Source of the DNA: Schmidtea polychroa
Lineage: Eukaryota
Length of the DNA stretch: 64,000 nucleotides
Assembly (NCBI GenBank): GCA_044892525.1
Contig: CM097885.1
Span: 42,968,001-43,032,000 of the forward strand
Direction of reading: 5' to 3'
This document shows positions 1 through 7,452 of this stretch, piece after piece. The notes under the pieces were generated by a model. That model made no database searches. It saw nothing but the letters and a program-made list of their open reading frames with translations, and was not told the DNA's origin. The translations under genes and the position numbers were made by a program. Positions within the stretch are counted from its first letter, which is position 1, and each line of letters starts with the position of its first letter.

Positions 1-152
1 TCTTTTATAGCTTTAATTGTTGGCCCCTGTTGTTGTGTTATTACCTCATTTAATATTATAGATTCAGCATGTTGAGTTGTATCTTTTTTATTATATTTAT
101 CTTGTTCTGATTGTAATTTTTTTAAAAGTGCTAATCTTTCTTCATATACCAT
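1..152 (-). CDS. Polinton ORF, 5' part only (MVYEERLALLKKLQSEQDKYNKK...), unknown function
   Basis: ATG at 152 preceded by TTAAA; frame open to the window edge; co-oriented with and 22 nt downstream of ORF 175-774. Confidence 0.6.
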   Translation of the reverse strand, partial: MVYEERLALLKKLQSEQDKYNKKDTTQHAESIILNEVITQQQGPTIKAIK

Positions 153-174
153 TTTAATGGTATCAAAAATGGTA

Positions 175-774
175 TCATAGTTCGAAGGGCTTCAAGTATA
201 ATCCTTTACCATTTTTAGTTTTACAAAGGCATCCATTCTTTAAAGATTTACATATTTTTTTTAAATCTTCTTTATCTTTTGAAGATAAAGATTCAGATGT
301 AGAAATTTGATTTTTTAAAAAATCATTTAAACCTCTACCTTTATAAGGATCAAGATAGAGACCTTTGCCCTGAGACTTTTGCCGACTCCCCTCATATGGA
401 TTAAGATAGAGACCCTTTCCAACGGACACTCCCCCTTTAGCTTGCCCTACCTTCTTCATTGAATCGATTTCAGTTTGTAGTTTTTCTTTTTCTAGGTCTG
501 TCTTTTGAGATTCTTTAGCTTTTTGAACTGTAGTTGCAATTCCTCCAGCTATTCCAGCAGCACCTGATAAACCAGCAATGATTGCAGGTATTAAAGCAGC
601 TAATGGAAGAATGCCACCTTCTTTAGTCGAAGAGCCCTTCAGCTTCGCTCTAACTTGTTCTTTTACATGTTTTCCAATAAAATATTTCTTACCGTCAATT
701 ACTACTGATTTATTTTTATTTGAATTTATTAATTCTTGCAAAGATTCTTCAGTAGAGGAACTCTTCGAGGTCAT
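175..774 (-). CDS. Polinton virion core/membrane-active precursor with adenovirus pX-like segment
   Basis: EGGILPLAALIPAIIAGLSGAAGIAGG resembles the adenovirus pX C-terminal GGILPLLIPLIAAAIGA segment; three GKGLYL(N/D/K)P(Y/F) repeats. Confidence 0.75.
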   Translation of the reverse strand: MTSKSSSTEESLQELINSNKNKSVVIDGKKYFIGKHVKEQVRAKLKGSSTKEGGILPLAALIPAIIAGLSGAAGIAGGIATTVQKAKESQKTDLEKEKLQTEIDSMKKVGQAKGGVSVGKGLYLNPYEGSRQKSQGKGLYLDPYKGRGLNDFLKNQISTSESLSSKDKEDLKKICKSLKNGCLCKTKNGKGLYLKPFEL

Positions 775-789
775 TTTATAATAAACAAA

Positions 790-1596
790 ATGGATGTACG
801 AAGTCCAATAATTTGGAAACCAATTTTAAATAGACATAAGAGTAAATTTAATAATAAAGTATTTCCTGATAATTTTAGATTATTAATTGTTGGTTCTTCT
901 GGATGTGGAAAGAATGTACTTGTTTTGAGAATGTTACTTGAAGATGATTTTTTAGATTATAATAATTTAATCTTTTATTCTACAACCATAAATCAACCAG
1001 AATTACAACTTTTGAAATGTGGATTTGAAAATAAATTAACTAAAAAAGCAATAATTGATATTTTTAAAAATCAACATAGGTGTCCTGAAGAAGTTTTTCA
1101 ACCTTGTGATATGGTTGATTGGTATAAGGAAAAGATTTTAGAATCAGATATTAGTAATAAAAATGATTATATTTGTGAAGAAGGGCAGGAGGCAATTCAA
1201 GTTTTATTCTCTAATAAACCTGAAGATGTTTTACATTGTGATTTACTTCCTAAAGATAAAAAGAATCTAGTTATATTTGATGATGTTGTTAATATGAAAA
1301 ATCAAGAGATTCAAAAGAGTTACTTTACACGAGGTCGACATAATAATTGTAATGTTATTTATATATCTCAAACATATTATGCTTTAGATAAAAATTCAAT
1401 AAGAAATAATTCCAATTGTTTTATATTTTTTAAATTAGATCGCCGTGATAAGAATATGATTTATAATGATTTATTTTCAAATGTTGAACCTGATAAGAAT
1501 ATGTTTGATATGTTTGTTGATAATCATTGGAAAGAAAAATATAATTATATTTATTTGGATAGAGAAGAAGCTGAAATATGGAAAAGTTTGTTTTAG
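790..1596 (+). CDS. FtsK/A32-family genome packaging ATPase
   Basis: Walker A GSSGCGKN, Walker B LVIFDD, RGRH arginine finger, ISQ motif; ATG at 790 chosen over the upstream non-ATG start. Confidence 0.93.
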   Translation: MDVRSPIIWKPILNRHKSKFNNKVFPDNFRLLIVGSSGCGKNVLVLRMLLEDDFLDYNNLIFYSTTINQPELQLLKCGFENKLTKKAIIDIFKNQHRCPEEVFQPCDMVDWYKEKILESDISNKNDYICEEGQEAIQVLFSNKPEDVLHCDLLPKDKKNLVIFDDVVNMKNQEIQKSYFTRGRHNNCNVIYISQTYYALDKNSIRNNSNCFIFFKLDRRDKNMIYNDLFSNVEPDKNMFDMFVDNHWKEKYNYIYLDREEAEIWKSLF

Positions 1597-1607
1597 GGCT
1601 TGTCGAC

Positions 1608-2969
1608 TTAAAAATCTGTTTTCTGTAGTTCATTATTACAAAATCTACCTAATATTTTTTCATTATTTAAATCAAAGATGGTATATGTTATTGGAGTTGT
1701 ATAATGTATTTTATTTATAATAAAAATTTCATTTGTCCATTTTGCTGTGAATCCTTTTTCAAATTTATTTTTATATTTAAATATTCTTACTCGGTCACCA
1801 ATTTTAAACTTTGGTTTTTCAATAACATCATTTTCAATATTTACCACTTTAATGGTTTCAGGCTTCATGGAAGCATTTAAAGGTGTTAATTTTATAGAAC
1901 TATGTACATCATTATTATATTCATTTACAATCTTTTGTAACAATTCATTGTTCCATTTTTGTTTTCCAATAGCAGTAAAATATTTCCACATTTTATTTTT
2001 TAATGTTCTATTTAATCTTTCAACTACGACTGCTTTTCCTTCGTTTTCTGTTGAATATAATTTAATATCATTTTCATTTAAAAACTTTGTAAAAACTTTG
2101 TTATAAAATTCTGTTCCTTTATCACACCATAAATATTTTGGGATTCTTTGATTTTCTTCAAATATATTTTCAAATGCTTCTGTAATAGAATATCCTGTTT
2201 TATTTTCTAAACACCTTGCAAAGGCAAATCTTGTATATAAATCTATTACAGTTAAAATTATTTTATATTTTTCAGGGTCTGATGATTTGGGCATAAAGAC
2301 TAAATCTGCAGACCATGTTTGATCTTTTTCATGTACTTGAACTTTTAAATATTTTTTATTTTTTCTAAATTCATGGTGTAATTCCTTTGCATATTTTATT
2401 TCTGATTCTGTTGGGGTTAATAAACTAGTCTTGGATATATTCTCAAGGGATCTTTCAATGTCTGCTTGTTCGATAATCTTTTTATAAGCAACATCTTTTG
2501 CTATTCTAGGGGGAAGTCCTAAGCCTATGAAAATCTTACCTTTCATTGCTAATTTAACTAGAGCTCTTTGAATCTTTTCTTGGGTTGATGGATTTTGGAT
2601 ACTATTTAAATCATGTATTAAATTCACATCTGCAACATGTCTATCTCTAAGATTTGTTGAATTGTATGCAATGTCATGTTTTAAAGCTGCTTGATCAATT
2701 CTATTTATTGGTTCTTCTCCTTGTTTGGGATTATTATTTTCATCTAATCTAATATCTAGACGTGTTCCTGGTCCAGTATAGTTGTGTTTAAATAAATGTC
2801 TTTCACCTGGATATTTTTCTGTAGTAAAAGGTTTTAATATTGAAGATGTTGTTTTTGAAGATTGTAGATCACCTCCTGTATGTTTTTTAGTTTTTAAATG
2901 ACTTGCTTTATGATGTCTTGTAACTTGACAATTACAACTTTCACATCTCCAATATTTATTTAGAGACAT
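1608..2969 (-). CDS. Polinton rve integrase with N-terminal C2H2-type zinc finger and parvovirus-type phospholipase A2 domain
   Basis: CESC...HLKTKKH; NYTGPGT Ca-binding loop, DQAALKHDIAY and downstream AD; DDE residues in WSADL, CDKGTEF, VVERLNRTLK; C-terminal KFKIGDRVRI..FEKG..WTNEIF. Confidence 0.92.
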   Translation of the reverse strand: MSLNKYWRCESCNCQVTRHHKASHLKTKKHTGGDLQSSKTTSSILKPFTTEKYPGERHLFKHNYTGPGTRLDIRLDENNNPKQGEEPINRIDQAALKHDIAYNSTNLRDRHVADVNLIHDLNSIQNPSTQEKIQRALVKLAMKGKIFIGLGLPPRIAKDVAYKKIIEQADIERSLENISKTSLLTPTESEIKYAKELHHEFRKNKKYLKVQVHEKDQTWSADLVFMPKSSDPEKYKIILTVIDLYTRFAFARCLENKTGYSITEAFENIFEENQRIPKYLWCDKGTEFYNKVFTKFLNENDIKLYSTENEGKAVVVERLNRTLKNKMWKYFTAIGKQKWNNELLQKIVNEYNNDVHSSIKLTPLNASMKPETIKVVNIENDVIEKPKFKIGDRVRIFKYKNKFEKGFTAKWTNEIFIINKIHYTTPITYTIFDLNNEKILGRFCNNELQKTDF

Positions 2970-2998
2970 TTTAAAATGTTAAAATATCAGGGATTATA

Positions 2999-4291
2999 TC
3001 AAGAATCTCCCCTAACATTTTCGATTATTGAAATCTTTCCACCATATAATTTCATTTCTATTTTCTTTTCTTCTAATATTAATGTATATACTTTAGCTTT
3101 AAAATTAGAATCCTTTGTTACATGAAGTGTAACATCAACATTATTTATGGCTAGGCGATCATCTTGGTCTGAAACATTTATACAAAATATAGAATATAAA
3201 TTTTTGAAATCTTCTAAACTTAATTGCGGTTCAACTTTGAAATCATAACATGTTTCAATATAATTTAGATATGGGAATATGTTTTCATTATTTTCAATAT
3301 TAAATTCCATTCTATTTATTGGATAATAAGAACTATTTAATTGAATTTGGATTGTTTTTAAATTATCATCTCCAATCTTTTGAATAAATAGATTGTTATT
3401 TTTTTGGAAAGATGAATCTGTTTCTTTGAATCCAATCAAGATATATCTTGGTCGGTATGCTAAATTTGCTACCTTTATAGAATATGTTGAACCCTCTGTC
3501 ATACTAAATTCACTACAGATTCTATTTAAATAATTTACATTTATAGACTTGTTGGAATTTAATCTTTCAAGGAGTTTAATCTCAGAATGTGGGTTTAATG
3601 TCCATTCAGGTATATGTAATTCAAGTGTTGATAATTTTAATTTAGCTTTTGTATCTACAGCTCCATAGAACAATCTTTTATCACCTTCTACTCTATTACA
3701 GATGAATTCTATAAAAACATTATGAAGTATACGATTATAGTTTTGAAGGAATCCAAACAAGTGTTTTAATTCAAAATAACCTTCAAATTTTTTAGATTTA
3801 TAAAGTTCAGCTCTTTTATGGTAACCATGGTTTACATCTAAACCATCTTTATCTAAATCCCCTTTATTAACATCAGGAATCCAACCTGTTAATTCACCAT
3901 ATTCGTTTTTATAATCACAACCAGTCAAAATAAAATTTAACATTGTAGAATATACTCCCGGATGCAAAACAGTTTCAATTTCTGATGATCCTAGTTTTAA
4001 TCTCATGTTGGAGAATAAATTTGGAAAGAAATTATTTTCTAGGGTTATATCTTTGTTTGCTTCAATTTCTAATTCGATTTTATAATATAATTTGGCATTA
4101 CAAATATCTATAGGGTTTGATGTTTGAAGAGATTGAAAAACTATATCACCCCTACGATTTAAGTTTGCAATAGATCCTGAAGTTGGGGAGATTTTAAGTA
4201 CATCATTTTTCTTGATTTCATGAGTAAATTCTTTATTATAATCAAGATTTAATTTATTTTTTTCTTGAATTTTAAGATTTATATTATTCAT
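2999..4291 (-). CDS. Double jelly-roll major capsid protein (hexon-like)
   Basis: 430 aa, beta-rich; LENNFFPNLFSNMRLKLGSSEIE, PRYILIGF and FKNLYSIFCINVSDQ resemble Polinton MCP motifs; context. Confidence 0.8.
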   Translation of the reverse strand: MNNINLKIQEKNKLNLDYNKEFTHEIKKNDVLKISPTSGSIANLNRRGDIVFQSLQTSNPIDICNAKLYYKIELEIEANKDITLENNFFPNLFSNMRLKLGSSEIETVLHPGVYSTMLNFILTGCDYKNEYGELTGWIPDVNKGDLDKDGLDVNHGYHKRAELYKSKKFEGYFELKHLFGFLQNYNRILHNVFIEFICNRVEGDKRLFYGAVDTKAKLKLSTLELHIPEWTLNPHSEIKLLERLNSNKSINVNYLNRICSEFSMTEGSTYSIKVANLAYRPRYILIGFKETDSSFQKNNNLFIQKIGDDNLKTIQIQLNSSYYPINRMEFNIENNENIFPYLNYIETCYDFKVEPQLSLEDFKNLYSIFCINVSDQDDRLAINNVDVTLHVTKDSNFKAKVYTLILEEKKIEMKLYGGKISIIENVRGDS

Positions 4292-4347
4292 TTTTATATA
4301 TTAAAATTTACACACACACAATAGGATTAATTAAATATATTTTGTAA

Positions 4348-4429
4348 GCCATTATAGCGGAGTGGGAATAGGCTTCAATTTTATCACCGGGAGTACCGGG
4401 TTCAATTTTCGATTTTGGTCAATTTTTTT
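4348..4429 (+). ncRNA. tRNA-like Pol III unit 1
   Basis: A box TAGCGGAGTGG (4355), B box GGTTCAAT (4399), partial acceptor and T stems, T7 run at 4423. Confidence 0.6.
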
Positions 4430-4580
4430 CGATATTTTTTTTTCAACGGAATCTGATTCAGCGTACTGATTTTAGTATATATTTAAATTTTCAGGTAAAT
4501 CTGAGTGGTAGTTGTCGAGAAAATGAATAATTAATTATTAATTTCATCAATAAATAGTCACACATTAACAACTTATTTTA

Positions 4581-4663
4581 TATTGAGTATAGCTTAGTGG
4601 TAATAGCACTCGACTGCATTGCCAATACCAATGGGTTCAAATCCCATTTCGGTCATTTTTTTT
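4581..4663 (+). ncRNA. tRNA-like Pol III unit 2 (5' half resembles tRNA-Cys)
   Basis: A box TAGCTTAGTGG (4590), perfect T arm ATGGG-TTCAAAT-CCCAT, GACTGCA segment, T8 run at 4656; anticodon stem does not pair. Confidence 0.7.
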
Positions 4664-4825
4664 CAAATTTTTTTTTAACGAAATATTGATCAGCATACTC
4701 GATTTAGTACTTGTACAAATTTTTAAGGAGATTGGTCAACGGCAACTCTTGGAAATTTAAGATCAAAAACGTTTTAACTTAAGCTACCAAAAATTAATAT
4801 ATCCAATAAAAAAATATTTATAAAA

Positions 4826-5122
4826 TTGGATGAGTTAAAAGAAAGAATGAGAAATGAATTGAATGAAGTTAAAAATAAGAGAATGAAAAGAAGAGAAGAA
4901 GAACCATTAGAATACATCAAAGAGTTGATGGTAGATAATGAAAAGTATCGACATTTTTATATGAAGGCTGTAGATGTTGCTGATATAAGATTGAAGAAAA
5001 TGAAACAATTACAGGAAAGAGTTAAAGAACTTGAATCGATTATTTATAGTCTAAAAAATGACAAAAATTCAAACCTTGATGGCGCAGTGGGAATAGACTG
5101 GCACAGTGGTTCAAATGGATAG
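4826..5122 (+). CDS. Small coiled-coil Polinton accessory protein
   Basis: E/K/R-rich helical ORF; TTG start behind TATAAAA, first in-frame ATG at 4847; 3' end overlaps tRNA-like unit 3. Confidence 0.55.
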   Translation: MDELKERMRNELNEVKNKRMKRREEEPLEYIKELMVDNEKYRHFYMKAVDVADIRLKKMKQLQERVKELESIIYSLKNDKNSNLDGAVGIDWHSGSNG

Positions 5123-5155
5123 TGGTTCAAATCACATCTGAGGTTAGTTTTTTTT
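5072..5155 (+). ncRNA. tRNA-like Pol III unit 3
   Basis: A box TGGCGCAGTGG (5080), B box GGTTCAAATC (5124), acceptor-like stem AACCTTG/TGAGGTT, T8 run at 5148. Confidence 0.62.
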
Positions 5156-5225
5156 CAACATAAAATAATATTAAAAATTTGAAAATAATAGTGTGGGTAT
5201 CTTATATTTATAAAGTACTTGTATA

Positions 5226-5365
5226 TTTTATTTTATTTTATTTTATTTATTTTATTTATTTTATTTATTTTATTTATTTTATTTATTTTATTTATTTTAT
5301 TTATTTTATTTATTTTATTTATTTTATTTATTTTATTTATTTTATTTATTTTATTTATTTTATTT
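5226..5365. repeat. (TTTTATTTA)n 9-bp tandem repeat
   Basis: Directly visible. Confidence 0.95.
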
Positions 5366-6099
5366 TTTTATTAATTAATTATTTTTTAAACATAAATATG
5401 AAAAAAAAAATATTGAAACGGGTGATGGTGGCGAACCGGTAATTATCGCCACCTGTCTTTCGAACACCCCCGGATCGATCCCGGTAATGTGCACATTTAT
5501 TTCTCAGTTGTTTTCGGACCTCTTTCGGATTCGCTTTCGAATTCATTTGTACTTTCGAGCAGCACGCTTAAAACGCCGATGAAATCGACTTCGTGAGCGA
5601 GAAGCGAATAATAAGGTGTGCTGCTATTATCGGATTGATTCTGATGTATGAGTCTGGCCAGCTTGTATATTGGAAGAGATTCGATAAACGAAAGAGGTTG
5701 ATAAATAAAAAAAATGATCCGGATCAAAAAAAACTGTTGAGGGGACAGTGAAAAAAAAAAAAAAAAAAAAATACCACTGTCCCCTCAGAGCAGTTTTACT
5801 ATTTTTCATTTATTTTTTAATTTATATAATTTAAAATCAATAATCTGATAAAGATCAAATAGCCCTCTAACTTTTTCATAATGCCATTTTCTTTTCTATT
5901 CTCTTTTTAGTTTGAAGCTTTTGAGTTTGAGGCTTTAAAGATTAAAACAGTTAGAGTCATTAAGGGTGGTTGTTTTCAAAATATAGGGTTAAAATACTAT
6001 AAAAGTATAAGTTTTAGGTTGTTTTTCTAATAGCTTAAGTGATTTGGAGGCATGTTTTTGTTGGGGGGCTGTTTTGGTTGGGTATATAACCACACTACT

Positions 6100-7309
6100 A
6101 ATAGAAATGAAGGTTGGTTCAACATATCAAGAAATAGAATCATAGTATCAAAATTGCTTGCAGGAAGTAGAACAGCTCATTCTACCTTCAAGTTATCTTT
6201 GAACATGAATCATTCTGAGAATGTAACCTGCAACATATTAAAAGGATCAGCAAAGGCCAAGGTACTACAACAGTGTTCTCTCATTGTCTAGGATGAGTGT
6301 ACAATATCACACAAGCGAGCTCTTGAAGCCTTGGACAAAACTGCAGGATTTATAAAGAAACACAAAAGTAATGGGATGAACAGTTTTGGTATTAGCTGAA
6401 GATTTTCGACAAACTTTGCCTGTCATACCAAGGCCAACACCAATCGATTCAATTCAGTGGAAACAGGTCAAGAAAATGACTCTTACAACCAACATGAGAG
6501 TCCATTTACATGAAGATAATGCAGCAGGCTACTTCTCGCATAAATTGCTTCAACTTGGCGATGGAAAGTGGCAGGTATACTCAGGATCAGGAACTGTTTC
6601 TTTCCCATCAAATTTTTGCACTGTAGCAAAGTCACTTGAAGAGTTGAAACTTGCAGTTTTTCCAAACATTCAAGACCAGTATAACATTCCTGAGTGGTTA
6701 TGCGAAAGGGCCATTCTTGCTCCAAAGAATTCAAATGTCAACAGCATCAATTCTCAAATTCACAATTTTATACCAGGCATTTCAAAAACCTACAAATCAA
6801 TTGATATGGTTACAGATACGTCCCAAGCTGTTTACTATCCAACAGAGTTTTTGAAATTATTGGAGCCTCATGGCATACCTTCAAACAACTTGGAACTTAA
6901 AATTGGAGCTCCTATCATACTTCTGAGAAATTTGGATCCCAATAAACTATGCAATGGAACACGATTGAGCATCAAGAATCTCTTTCATCATGTAATAGAA
7001 GCCACAATTTTGACAGGCTGCACCAAAGGAGAAGATGTATTCATCCTAAGAATTCCACTCATACCAACAGATATGCCATTTGATTTCAAGCGCCTCCAAT
7101 TTTCAATCAGGCTTGCATTCGTCAAGTCTATCAACAAGGCACAGGGACAGTCTTTAAAAGTGGCAGGTATTGTACTTGAGGAAGAATGCTTTGCCAATGG
7201 ACAGTTTTATAAGGCATGTTCTAGAGTTGGGTCACCAAGAAATCTTTTCATTTTTGCATCAGATGGAAAACCCGAAAATATAGTCTATCGACAAGCTTAT
7301 CATAAGTGA
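6100..7309 (+). pseudogene. Helitron Pif1-family helicase, disrupted
   Basis: RTAHSTFKL, IV*DEC, AEDFRQTLPV, LRNLDPNKLCNGTRL, SINKAQGQSL, ACSRV; stop at 6289-6291 and a frameshift before 6386. Confidence 0.92.
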
Positions 7310-7452
7310 TCTATAAATTACATGTACTTTTTTAATCAAATTTTTATGTATTTTTTAAATTGTGATTTTTAAATGAATGAATTGAAATAAATTTCTTTAT
7401 TTTGAATCTGTTTACAATTTTTTAAATCGTGCAACGCCGGGTACCCAGCTAG
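6100..7452 (+). mobile_element. Helitron, 3' part
   Basis: Pif1 helicase coding remnant followed by 3' end ...GCAACGCCGGGTACCCAGCTAG|T (decayed GC hairpin, CTAG terminus, T target base). Confidence 0.9.

Larger units (their letters stand above)
1..6099. mobile_element. Polinton/Maverick (adintovirus-like) endogenous virus, right arm; continues beyond the left window edge
   Basis: Compact intronless cluster of integrase, packaging ATPase, DJR capsid and pX-like genes; ends in ...CACACTACT at 6099 (reverse complement AGTAGT, the typical Polinton terminus), directly followed by unrelated Helitron helicase sequence. Confidence 0.93.

Noticed and set aside
736..789. N-terminal extension of the ATPase ORF in the ORF track
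   Set aside because: Non-ATG start overlapping the opposite-strand gene; ATG at 790 fits better
1747..2106. 119-aa plus-strand ORF
   Set aside because: Antisense shadow of the integrase
4348..5155. Canonical tRNA genes
   Set aside because: Anticodon stems do not pair and acceptor stems are imperfect; reported as tRNA-like instead
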